Positions 19,994 to 29,046 of a stretch of DNA of 44,983 nt are shown in pieces. This DNA comes from an uncultured Bacteroidota bacterium (GTDB taxonomy: Bacteria > Bacteroidota > Bacteroidia > Chitinophagales > Chitinophagaceae): assembly GCA_903953815.1 (NCBI GenBank), contig CAJBLA010000197.1:1-44983 (forward strand), written 5' to 3'. The translations under genes were made by a program, and so were the position numbers. Positions within the stretch are counted from its first letter, which is position 1, and every line of letters starts with the position of its first letter. The notes beneath the pieces were generated by a model. The model ran no database searches. It was not told where the DNA came from and was given only the letters and a program-made list of their open reading frames with translations.

Positions 19994-20023
19994 TTAAAAA
20001 AGCGCCTATTGGCGCTTTTTTAA
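19994..20023. terminator. Bidirectional intrinsic terminator between the sigma gene and dsbD
   Basis: TTAAAAAAGCGCC-TATT-GGCGCTTTTTTAA. Confidence 0.9.
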
Positions 20024-20037
20024 ATTCTTTCCTTTAA

Positions 20038-21969
20038 TTACTTGCTCTTATTCGCGCTGCATTGCAACCAAGCTAAATACTCGCTAGCATTGGGCGTATA
20101 ACCCACTGGATTGGATAATAATTTTTCATTTGGACTCATTACTACATATAAAGGTTGTGTAACCTGACTAAAGTTTTCTGCTTGGAATGTAGCCCACAAA
20201 TCACCGACACTATTGATATCCTTGGCCTGTCCTGACTTGCTCGTATAAGTGAATCTTTTATCAATCGGCAACATGGCTTTATCATCCACATATAAGGAAA
20301 CCAAAATAAAATTATTTTGTATGTATGACATCACTGCAGGATCGGTCCAAACATTCTCCTCCATTTTACGGCAGTTCACACAAGCCCATCCGGTAAAGTC
20401 AATCAATATAGGTTTGTTTTGCTGTTTTGATAAAAGCACTGCTTGCGCATAATCATTCATCACATTGGCTTGTAATCCATGCTTACCCTTTTCATGCTGA
20501 AATAAACTATAGTGCATTGGAGGTGGAAATCCACTTAAAATATTAAGGTACTTTGCATTTTGAGGTGCAATACCCACCAATAAAAAGCCTGCAAAAACGA
20601 AAGCCCCAATTGCTAACACTTTTCTAGTCACTGCAATTTTTGCGCCCTTTACATCATGTGGTAATAATAAGATGCCTAATAAATAAAGTGCCAATCCTAT
20701 ACTTATCACCGCCCAAATTCCTAAAAACACTTCGCGTTTTAATAGTCCCCAATGTTCTACCAAATCCGCATTGGATAAAAATTTGAAAGCCAATGCTAAT
20801 TCTAAAAATGCCAATATCTTTTTTACGGTATCCAACCAACCACCTGATTTAGGTAAGCTTTGTAACCATTGTGGAAATATTGCGAATAAAGTAAAAGGTA
20901 ATGCTAATGCAACGCCAAACCCTGCCATACCTTGTGTCAAGGACCATGCTCCGCCTTGTAGTGAGCCCACTAATAAGGTGCCTAAAATAGGTCCCGTGCA
21001 GGAAAAAGATACAATAGCTAAAGTGATGGCCATAAAAAAGATGCCGCCAATACTTCCAAGTCCACTTTTTGAATCCGCTTTATTGGCAATACCACTAGGT
21101 AATGAAATTTCAAAAAATCCAAAAAATGAAATACTAAAAACGATGAATATAATAAAGAAGATAATATTCAACCATGGATTGGTTGAAATACTATTAAAAA
21201 TTTCAGGTTGCACATTTCCGACAATATGAAATGGTACGCTAGCTAAAACATACACCAAGAAAATACTTAATCCATATATTAATCCATTGACAATGCCTTG
21301 TTTTTTTGTTTTAGATCTTTTTGTAAAAAAAGAAACCGTCACAGGTATCATTGGAAATACACAAGGGGTAATAAGTGCAATTAAACCGCCTAAAAATCCA
21401 AGAAGGAATACTTCCCAACCACTAGAATTTGAGGTAGTAACAGCTGCGCTACCACAAGCATCATCGGGTGCATTGGTTGCTGTTGTGGGTAATAATATAT
21501 TAAAACCGGCTACTTTAGTTCCTTTGGATAACGCAACGGTCAAAGGTAGTTCCAATGCGTAAAACTGATCCGCCATGGCCACATTTAATACAACAATTAA
21601 TTTTATACTGTCAGGCTGAAACCCCGTAATCTGTAAGTTTTGATTCACCTCAAAATCACTTTTAAAAACCAAGGCCTGTGTAAACAAAACATCCGATTGC
21701 TTTATCGGTGCAATGGAATACTTTGGAGCTTGTAATAATTTGGCTGACTCGAGTTTACTTTTTATCAATGGCGCGTTAATTCCATCTGGATTTTCACCAT
21801 ACACGTGCCATCCCTTGTCAATTTGCAAATTTATTTTTAAGGCATAACTACTATCATTGATGAGTGTAGCTAAAGCTTTTGCGTGCACAACATTATCCGA
21901 TTGGGATTGAACACCCAAGGAAACCAACAAAAAGCCGATCGTTATAAAAAAAGAGGAAATTTTATGCAA
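20038..21969 (-). CDS. dsbD: Thiol:disulfide interchange protein DsbD family
   Basis: N-terminal GWHVY domain, TM domain with TPCVFPMIP and SCTGP, thioredoxin domain DFTGWACVNC. Confidence 0.92.
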   Translation of the reverse strand: MHKISSFFITIGFLLVSLGVQSQSDNVVHAKALATLINDSSYALKINLQIDKGWHVYGENPDGINAPLIKSKLESAKLLQAPKYSIAPIKQSDVLFTQALVFKSDFEVNQNLQITGFQPDSIKLIVVLNVAMADQFYALELPLTVALSKGTKVAGFNILLPTTATNAPDDACGSAAVTTSNSSGWEVFLLGFLGGLIALITPCVFPMIPVTVSFFTKRSKTKKQGIVNGLIYGLSIFLVYVLASVPFHIVGNVQPEIFNSISTNPWLNIIFFIIFIVFSISFFGFFEISLPSGIANKADSKSGLGSIGGIFFMAITLAIVSFSCTGPILGTLLVGSLQGGAWSLTQGMAGFGVALALPFTLFAIFPQWLQSLPKSGGWLDTVKKILAFLELALAFKFLSNADLVEHWGLLKREVFLGIWAVISIGLALYLLGILLLPHDVKGAKIAVTRKVLAIGAFVFAGFLLVGIAPQNAKYLNILSGFPPPMHYSLFQHEKGKHGLQANVMNDYAQAVLLSKQQNKPILIDFTGWACVNCRKMEENVWTDPAVMSYIQNNFILVSLYVDDKAMLPIDKRFTYTSKSGQAKDINSVGDLWATFQAENFSQVTQPLYVVMSPNEKLLSNPVGYTPNASEYLAWLQCSANKSK

Positions 21970-21995
21970 TGCTATAAAATTAAAATTTGAAACAC

Positions 21996-22445
21996 CTATT
22001 GTAACACCACCTCAAATGGAATAGATATAGGGGGTAAACATTTTTCATCATTACAAACCGTATAGTCTATCGTCCCCGACAATTTTGTTTTGGAAGCTAC
22101 TTTTAGTGCGACCGATTGTACAAATTGCACCTTACCACTAAAATAACTTATTTCAGCATCAAAATTTTTATCAAAACTTTTCTCCAACTTTCCTATTTCT
22201 TTGGCTGCCCCTTTAATTTGCACCAAAGGATTGGTTTTAAATTCAATCGTAGTAGGAATAGGACCTTTTTTTACAAACTGAGAGTATATATGCCAAGGCG
22301 ATTCCACATTTGCAGTCAATATAACATCATACTGCTTATCTGCTTTTTTTACTGCTTGAAAACTCCAGTTGACTGGATTCATTCTTTGCGCTTGCGTTAA
22401 AACTGCACCGAATATAAAAAGGCTTACTAAAATATATTTTTTCAT
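21996..22445 (-). CDS. Secreted DsbD N-terminal (Ig-like) domain protein
   Basis: Signal peptide, PV.W, WHIYS, GPIPT and CNDEKCLPP motifs; adjacent to dsbD. Confidence 0.85.
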   Translation of the reverse strand: MKKYILVSLFIFGAVLTQAQRMNPVNWSFQAVKKADKQYDVILTANVESPWHIYSQFVKKGPIPTTIEFKTNPLVQIKGAAKEIGKLEKSFDKNFDAEISYFSGKVQFVQSVALKVASKTKLSGTIDYTVCNDEKCLPPISIPFEVVLQ

Positions 22446-22468
22446 ATTGTTGCTTGATTAATTCAGGA

Positions 22469-23131
22469 TTAATTTAATAATCCTAATATTTTAAATATTT
22501 CTTTCCCATCCACATTACTTAATGCTTCCGATGTTGCTCGCTCAGGATGTGGCATCATGCCAAATACATTGCGTGCATCATTACAAATACCTGCGATATC
22601 TAAAGTGGATCCATTAGGATTAGCTGCACCACCAATATTTCCATTGGCATCACAATACTTAAATAATATTTGATTGTTTTTTTGCAAATGATCCAAAGTA
22701 GCAGCATCAGCGAAATATCTTCCTTCCCCATGTGCAATTGGAATTTGTAATGCTGTACTATTATCTGTTTTTATAAATACATTTTTACAAATAAATTGTT
22801 GATTGGCATTTTGCAATAATGCGCCAGGTAATAAACCACTTTCACATAAAATTTGAAAGCCGTTACACACGCCTAATACTTTGCCTCCTTTATTTGCAAA
22901 TTCGATAACAGATTGCATCATGGGACTAAATTTCGCAATGGCGCCACAACGCAAATAATCACCGTAGGAAAAACCACCAGGAAGTACAATGCAATCCTCC
23001 GTATTAAAATGGGATAAGTCGCTGTCCTTATGCCATAACATTTCAACAGGTGCGCCAAGATCCTTTTCTAAAGCATCTTGCATGTCTCTATCACAATTTG
23101 ATCCCGGGAATACTAAAACACCAAATTTCAT
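22469..23131 (-). CDS. purQ: Phosphoribosylformylglycinamidine synthase glutaminase subunit
   Basis: [25 protein letters not shown] and MMPHPER motifs. Confidence 0.97.
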   Translation of the reverse strand: MKFGVLVFPGSNCDRDMQDALEKDLGAPVEMLWHKDSDLSHFNTEDCIVLPGGFSYGDYLRCGAIAKFSPMMQSVIEFANKGGKVLGVCNGFQILCESGLLPGALLQNANQQFICKNVFIKTDNSTALQIPIAHGEGRYFADAATLDHLQKNNQILFKYCDANGNIGGAANPNGSTLDIAGICNDARNVFGMMPHPERATSEALSNVDGKEIFKILGLLN

Positions 23132-23170
23132 ATACTAAAGGTTAATATTTTAAGGTAGGTATTGAAGGAA

Positions 23171-23178
23171 CAAAGTTA
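23171..23178 (-). promoter_or_regulatory. -7 promoter element (TAACTTTG) for purQ
   Basis: TAnnTTTG in the intergenic gap. Confidence 0.6.
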
Positions 23179-23215
23179 ACAAATTATGGGTGCTAATTTG
23201 GGGTAAATTCTTCAC

Positions 23216-24187
23216 TTATGCAAGGTGGTTATACACAATAACCAAGGCAGCGGACCAAAATAAAAGGTTGGGAATCAATAGCCTTTTTGGGGTAGCGTAA
23301 GCAAAACTTATAAAACAGGCCAATGGGGTTAATATGATTGCCGAAGCATATAATGCTTGAGAAGAAAAAACAATGGGTTGGAAAAAACAAACCAACAGGG
23401 TCAAGAAAAGGACCCCCCAGTATTTTCGTACCTGTATGATAAAACGGGATTGTTGTTGTTGCCAAAAATAAAACCCAGTTAATAATTGCACCCCCATGAT
23501 TCCTAATGCCAAAATGATATTTAGCTCAGGCTTCACCAATGGATTTTCCCAATCCAATCTTGGTAAAAATTGGGCGAAATGATTTGCTTGATTGGTTAAA
23601 AAAACAAATGCAAATAAGAAATAAAAAGGAAGGATAATACCCATCAATAAAACCAACCACTCTGGCAATCTAAAGGGGCGAATTATAGCAAGTGCAAATA
23701 ATACCACCGGAATTAAAATAGCAATAGGTTCATATAATAAAATAGAAGCCCCCACAATTAACCCGATATTAAATTCAAGTGTTTTGGGTTGCGTTTGATC
23801 ATACAACCTAAAAATTTTAACTAGTATCCAAATCACCAATGAATTTGCTATTAATCCTGCACTAATTTCATCCCAGTAGGGAAATAAAGCGGTTAATATT
23901 ATATAAGCGAATGCTGGTAAATAACTAATGTTTTGAAACATTTTAAATTGACTCAACATTGCATTTAACCTTACAGCTTGACTAACGACAAGTAATTGAA
24001 AAAATAACACCAATGCGATGGGTGGTAGCGGCCTTATATAATGTACTAGTAAATAAGCCAACAAACCATCCGACTCGTTAGCGATTACAATTGGTGGTGT
24101 TATCCATTGATGAAAATGTAGAATTACACTTAATACAAGTATAAAAATTAAATTAATATCAGCCTTGTCCCTAAATAAAAAAACCAC
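23216..24187 (-). CDS. Polytopic membrane protein of unknown function (possibly DUF6427-like)
   Basis: About 9-10 hydrophobic segments; family label is from memory only. Confidence 0.7.
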   Translation of the reverse strand: MVFLFRDKADINLIFILVLSVILHFHQWITPPIVIANESDGLLAYLLVHYIRPLPPIALVLFFQLLVVSQAVRLNAMLSQFKMFQNISYLPAFAYIILTALFPYWDEISAGLIANSLVIWILVKIFRLYDQTQPKTLEFNIGLIVGASILLYEPIAILIPVVLFALAIIRPFRLPEWLVLLMGIILPFYFLFAFVFLTNQANHFAQFLPRLDWENPLVKPELNIILALGIMGVQLLTGFYFWQQQQSRFIIQVRKYWGVLFLTLLVCFFQPIVFSSQALYASAIILTPLACFISFAYATPKRLLIPNLLFWSAALVIVYNHLA

Positions 24188-24193
24188 TTTGTG

Positions 24194-25816
24194 TTATTTA
24201 AATTTAACTTTTGCAAAACCAATTCTACTTTTATATTGATAAGGTAAAATAGCTTCATGATCGCCCACCTGCTTCAACATACGAGGCATCCATTCATAGT
24301 TTTTTTCATTTGCCACAACTACTGCTCCTTTTTCTAGTTGCCCTTGCTTTGTTAAACTATTAAATACAAAAGTATGTTGCCCCTTCCGTTTTTGATGGTA
24401 TAAAAAATGTAACCCATCTTGATTTTCAATGGTGCCATAGCCAATGAACTGATCTACATTTTGATCGTTTTGCGATTTGTCAATTGTTTTAATCGATTGT
24501 AAATTACCTTTTGCATCAAATGACAAAAGCGCAATTTTATTAGCATTGTAAGTGACTGATGGATAACCAAAAGAGGCAAATGGATTACCCCACATAAATG
24601 GATTACCCCAGAAATTAAAGCCCCATGGTCCCATACCCCAAGTATTTAATCCCCACGGCCCCATACCTCCCCAACCAAATCTTGCCCATGGATAAAAACC
24701 AAATGGTCTATTCCAATAATTAAACATAAATGGATTATAAAAAGCGCCGCCCCAATAAAAATCCCATCTTGAAAAATAGTTATTGCGATTTGAATAAGAA
24801 TCAGCGGCTTCCGCAATTACCGTATAACTTCCATCGGCTTGTGTAGTAACTTTATCCAAATAGTAAGTGTCAAAAACATTTTTTAAATTTCGCTTACTTG
24901 AAACTGCACCTCTATTAAAATCAGTAAAGCGATTTGCATTCGTTAACATTTCTTTCTTTGCTGCAATGTCCCATAAGTAAGAATATAAGCCTTCTATATG
25001 CCCCTTTTTTTCGGTGGCATAAAAGGAGTTTAAAATCACTTGTCCTTTTGCATTATCAATTTTAAGCCTGATATCATCTAACTCCAAACTATTGTTTACA
25101 ATCGCAGATTCAATCACTTCTTTTCCATCCGCGGATAAATACAATAAACTCACTGCAGGCGCCATATTGGTCTGTGTGATATTACGCAAACAAAATAAAT
25201 TGCCTTGGTTGTCCAAAGCAAAATCGGATAAAGTGCTTTTTTTATTTTGAGATTGTACGATGATTTCAGCTTCAGTCAGTAATTCAAAATTTTTATTGAG
25301 CGAAATTGTTTTTACCTTAATAGCAGAGGCGTTTGTTTTATTGATACTGAATATTAATATTTTTTCATGATCATCACTTCTCAATAAATTAAAAACCTTC
25401 GTGCCTGAAGCTGGTCTCACCTTATCTGCCGTATCCATTATTTTAGGTTCCCCGATTAATTTACCATCTACATTTAATTTCGCAACTGCTGCATATACGG
25501 TAGTGTTCACTTGGAATTGATAAAAAATAACTACCTGATCATTGGAGGTTATAAACTCTAACCCATTTAATGATTTTGGCAAAAAGGACAAATCATTCTG
25601 CTTAACTATTTGCATTTGTTCATTGTACTGTGCAATCGTTGAAATACCTGCATTATTTTTAAAAATCCAATAATGACTGCCTACTTTACCCAACACTTCA
25701 TACTGCATGGCCTCCTTATCGGTTTTTTCGATGGCAGATGCAATATAAGATTGCGCTTGACACCATTGCCCTCCAATGAATAGGGTGATAAAAAAACTTA
25801 AAATTGACTTTTTCAT
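24194..25816 (-). CDS. Secreted hypothetical protein, beta-rich, with a Trp/Gly/Pro-rich insert (start moved to MKKSIL)
   Basis: Long ORF, Sec signal peptide ending AQ; -7 element TAAATTTG at 25837-25844. Confidence 0.8.
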   Translation of the reverse strand: MKKSILSFFITLFIGGQWCQAQSYIASAIEKTDKEAMQYEVLGKVGSHYWIFKNNAGISTIAQYNEQMQIVKQNDLSFLPKSLNGLEFITSNDQVVIFYQFQVNTTVYAAVAKLNVDGKLIGEPKIMDTADKVRPASGTKVFNLLRSDDHEKILIFSINKTNASAIKVKTISLNKNFELLTEAEIIVQSQNKKSTLSDFALDNQGNLFCLRNITQTNMAPAVSLLYLSADGKEVIESAIVNNSLELDDIRLKIDNAKGQVILNSFYATEKKGHIEGLYSYLWDIAAKKEMLTNANRFTDFNRGAVSSKRNLKNVFDTYYLDKVTTQADGSYTVIAEAADSYSNRNNYFSRWDFYWGGAFYNPFMFNYWNRPFGFYPWARFGWGGMGPWGLNTWGMGPWGFNFWGNPFMWGNPFASFGYPSVTYNANKIALLSFDAKGNLQSIKTIDKSQNDQNVDQFIGYGTIENQDGLHFLYHQKRKGQHTFVFNSLTKQGQLEKGAVVVANEKNYEWMPRMLKQVGDHEAILPYQYKSRIGFAKVKFK

Positions 25817-25882
25817 AGCATTCGAATTTATATACACAAATTTAATACAATATTTAGCTTGAATGGGTATTAGGCGTTAATA

Positions 25883-26785
25883 TTAACGCGTTTTTAAGAT
25901 GCTTCCCTCCTTGGTTACTTCCAATGCGTATATACCTCCTTCCTTAACTGCAAAATTATCCAGTGCATGACTTATCGGAAAATCAAAACAGATGGGATAA
26001 TTGAAATTTGAAATATGTGCATGAATGATTTCATAGGCCGTTGCGCCAAAATCTGTGGTGTTATCCTTTAATTCGGTAAATCCGCCAACCACCAGTCCTG
26101 CTAAATTATCCAATAACCCAGCATTTTTACACTGAATGATTAATCGATCTATATTATAATGCGCTTCGCCCACATCTTCGATAAATAATATTTTACCCTT
26201 CGTATCCATGGCATTTTTAGATCCTATTAAATGGGCAATCATACATAAATTACCGCCAATAAGGTTTGCTGTGGTGGATCCCTGCTTATTTAATAAGTGA
26301 GGTGCTGCATGGATCACTTCATTTTCGCCCACCAAAATATTTTTTAAGGACTGGATATAAATTTCTCCCTCCGCTCCTTTATTAAAAGCTGCAGCCATGG
26401 GACCATGAATACTCATAGTATTTTGCTTTTGAATGGCGGCATGCAAAACAGTAATATCACTAAAGCCAATCACCCATTTGGGATGTTGGTTAAACCCGGA
26501 AAAATTGATTTGATCAATGATTCTACTTAAGCCATAGCCGCCTCGGCCACATAATACCGCTTTAATATTTGCATCGTCCAACATTTGCTGCAATTCCATG
26601 GCCCTTTCAGCGTCAGATGCGGAAAAACAATCCATTTTTGCCCCTACGGTTTTGCCCAATTTTACCTTAAACCCCCATTTTTCAAGGGTCAAGATGCAAT
26701 TTTGCACCTTTTCCAACGGGATGGAACCTGCTGGGCAAGTGATCCCAATAGTGTCTCCAGGAATGAGGATTGGCGGTTGAATCAT
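25883..26785 (-). CDS. LD-carboxypeptidase (peptidase S66; start moved to MIQPP)
   Basis: GDTIGI..PA, RGGYG, IGFSDIT (Ser), GGNL, FIEDV.E (Glu), ISH (His). Confidence 0.94.
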   Translation of the reverse strand: MIQPPILIPGDTIGITCPAGSIPLEKVQNCILTLEKWGFKVKLGKTVGAKMDCFSASDAERAMELQQMLDDANIKAVLCGRGGYGLSRIIDQINFSGFNQHPKWVIGFSDITVLHAAIQKQNTMSIHGPMAAAFNKGAEGEIYIQSLKNILVGENEVIHAAPHLLNKQGSTTANLIGGNLCMIAHLIGSKNAMDTKGKILFIEDVGEAHYNIDRLIIQCKNAGLLDNLAGLVVGGFTELKDNTTDFGATAYEIIHAHISNFNYPICFDFPISHALDNFAVKEGGIYALEVTKEGSILKTR

Positions 26786-26811
26786 AACACAAATTAAGTA
26801 CTTTTGCAGCA
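26786..26811. promoter_or_regulatory. 26-bp divergent promoter gap with back-to-back -7-like elements
   Basis: Plus strand TACTTTTG (26799-26806); minus strand TTAATTTG (26790-26797, one mismatch). Confidence 0.55.
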
Positions 26812-28947
26812 ATGAACACGCCAAAAAGATATTTGATTACAGCAGCCCTTCCCTATGCGAATGGTTTGAAGCATATTGGCCATTTAGCAGGCGCTTATTT
26901 ACCTGCCGATATTTATGTCCGCTATTTAAAAGCGCAAAAAAGAGACGTGGTTTTTGTTTGTGGAAGTGACGAACATGGCACCGCAATCCCCATCCAAGCA
27001 ACCAAGGAGGGAACCACTGCACAAGCTATTATTGATAAGTACCACCCGATCATTGAACAAAATTTTAAAGATCTGGGAATCGCATTTGATGTTTATCATC
27101 GCACCAGCGATGCATTGCATCATGAAACTGCTAGTGCATTTTTTAAAGATCTTGAAGCCAAAGGCGATTTAGAAACTAAAACTTCATTGCAATATTTTGA
27201 CGCCGAGGCAAATACTTTTTTGGCGGATAGATATATTAAAGGCACTTGTCCGAATTGCGGACATCATGAAGCCTATGGAGACCAATGTGAAAAATGCGGC
27301 AAAAGTTTAAGCCCTGAAGAATTAATTAATCCAGTAAGTACTTTAAGTGGTAACGCGCCTATTAAAAAAGAAACCACGCATTGGTATTTGCCTTTAAATA
27401 AACATGAAGATTTTTTACGCGAATGGATTTTAAAGGAGCATGCGAATGATTGGCGAGCTGCAGTCGTAGGTCAATGCAAAAGCTGGATTGATGGTGGCTT
27501 ACAACCTAGGGCTGTGACGCGTGATTTAGATTGGGGTGTTAAAGTTCCAGTGGCAGGTGGTGATGGTAAAGTTTTATATGTTTGGTTTGATGCACCTATT
27601 GGATATATCAGTGCTACTAAGCAATGGGCAAAAGATAATGGTAAAGATTGGACGCCTTATTGGAATGATTCAGAAACAAAATTGGTCCACTTCATAGGAA
27701 AAGATAATATTGTTTTTCATTGTATCATTTTCCCCATCATGCTAAAATTGCATGGTCATATTTTACCGGAAAGTGTGCCTGCCAATGAATTCATGAATTT
27801 AGAAGGTGATAAAATGAGTACTTCAAAAGGTTGGAGTATTGAAATGGATGACTACATTAATAAATGGATTAAAAAAGAAAATGGTGGCACAGGGTTAGCG
27901 GATAGCTTACGCTTTTATTTAACATCGATTGCACCTGAGTCAAAGGATAGTGAATTTACCTGGAAAGGATTCCAAGAATCGGTGAATGGTGAACTAGTGA
28001 GCATTTTCGCCAATTATGTAAATAGAACATGGGTATTAATGCATAAACTATGCAAAGGGAAAGTACCCCCCATTCATCCTGATTTATTAGATGAGGAGGA
28101 CAACGCCATTTTACAAAGTGTGAAAGATAGCAAAGCAAAAATTACTGAATTACTGGAGCAATATAAATTTAGAGACGCCCAATTTGAAGTAATCAACTTA
28201 GCGCGTATTGGAAATCAATACATGCAAAAAAAGGGGCCTTGGATCGTGGCTAAAAATTTAGCGACCGACCCAACTGCACAAGCGAAAATTGACAACTGCA
28301 TGCATGCTTGCTTGCAATTATGCGCGAACCTTGCCATTTTGGTAAACCCTTTTTTACCATTTACTGCTAAAAAAATGTGCTACTTAATGAAAGTAGTGGA
28401 CAAAATGTTGGACTGGGAAAATGCAGGGAACTTTAATTTATTAAAAGTGGGTTATAGCTTACGACCTCCTGAATTATTATTTAGAAAGATTGAGGACGAA
28501 GAGATTGAAGCAGAATTAACCCAATTGCAAACAAATTTAAAAGCAAAAAAAATTACGATGGATACGATTACTACCACTGATACTAGCGCAGCTCCTGAAG
28601 CGAATGACCATGCATTCAAACCTGAAATTGTTTTCGACGATTTTGGTAAAATTGATTTGCGTGTAGGCACGATCATTGATGCGAAGAAGGTGGAGAAAGC
28701 AGATAAATTATTACAATTAGAAGTGGATTTGGGACTGGAAAAAAGAACCATTTTATCAGGTATCGCCATGCATTTTGATCCAGCTGACATTATTGGAAAG
28801 CAAGTAGTGGTAGTGGCAAACCTAGCGCCGCGTAAAATGCGCGGTGTTGAAAGTAAAGGAATGATTTTAATGGCCGAAGATGCACATGGTAAATTATACT
28901 TTGTGCAACCTAGTGAAGCGATTGCTACTGGAAGTAAAATTTCATAA
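26812..28947 (+). CDS. metG: Methionine--tRNA ligase with C-terminal tRNA-binding domain
   Basis: ALPYANG..HIGH, Zn knuckle, YVWFDAPIGY, KMSTS and C-terminal Trbp111-like OB fold. Confidence 0.99.
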   Translation: MNTPKRYLITAALPYANGLKHIGHLAGAYLPADIYVRYLKAQKRDVVFVCGSDEHGTAIPIQATKEGTTAQAIIDKYHPIIEQNFKDLGIAFDVYHRTSDALHHETASAFFKDLEAKGDLETKTSLQYFDAEANTFLADRYIKGTCPNCGHHEAYGDQCEKCGKSLSPEELINPVSTLSGNAPIKKETTHWYLPLNKHEDFLREWILKEHANDWRAAVVGQCKSWIDGGLQPRAVTRDLDWGVKVPVAGGDGKVLYVWFDAPIGYISATKQWAKDNGKDWTPYWNDSETKLVHFIGKDNIVFHCIIFPIMLKLHGHILPESVPANEFMNLEGDKMSTSKGWSIEMDDYINKWIKKENGGTGLADSLRFYLTSIAPESKDSEFTWKGFQESVNGELVSIFANYVNRTWVLMHKLCKGKVPPIHPDLLDEEDNAILQSVKDSKAKITELLEQYKFRDAQFEVINLARIGNQYMQKKGPWIVAKNLATDPTAQAKIDNCMHACLQLCANLAILVNPFLPFTAKKMCYLMKVVDKMLDWENAGNFNLLKVGYSLRPPELLFRKIEDEEIEAELTQLQTNLKAKKITMDTITTTDTSAAPEANDHAFKPEIVFDDFGKIDLRVGTIIDAKKVEKADKLLQLEVDLGLEKRTILSGIAMHFDPADIIGKQVVVVANLAPRKMRGVESKGMILMAEDAHGKLYFVQPSEAIATGSKIS

Positions 28948-28948
28948 A

Positions 28949-28980
28949 TTTCGAGCCCTTATATTTTATAAAGGGCGAAA
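28949..28980. repeat. Hairpin with ATATTTTATA loop just after the metG stop codon
   Basis: GCCCTT-ATATTTTATA-AAGGGC core with outer TTTCG/CGAAA pairing. Confidence 0.8.
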
Positions 28981-28986
28981 GGAAAA

Positions 28987-29030
28987 ATAATAATAAGGCC
29001 CCCCGATAAATCGGGGGGCCTTATTATTAT
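28987..29030. terminator. Bidirectional terminator between metG and the GMC operon
   Basis: Perfect 21-bp inverted repeat ATAATAATAAGGCCCCCCGAT / ATCGGGGGGCCTTATTATTAT. Confidence 0.9.
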
Positions 29031-29046
29031 AAAATCATTAGAGGAA

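Noticed and set aside
22740-22800. Short purQ segment between CKNVFIK and IPIAHGEG as pseudogenisation
   Set aside because: In frame, with catalytic Cys/His/Glu motifs intact; probably a lineage-specific loop deletion
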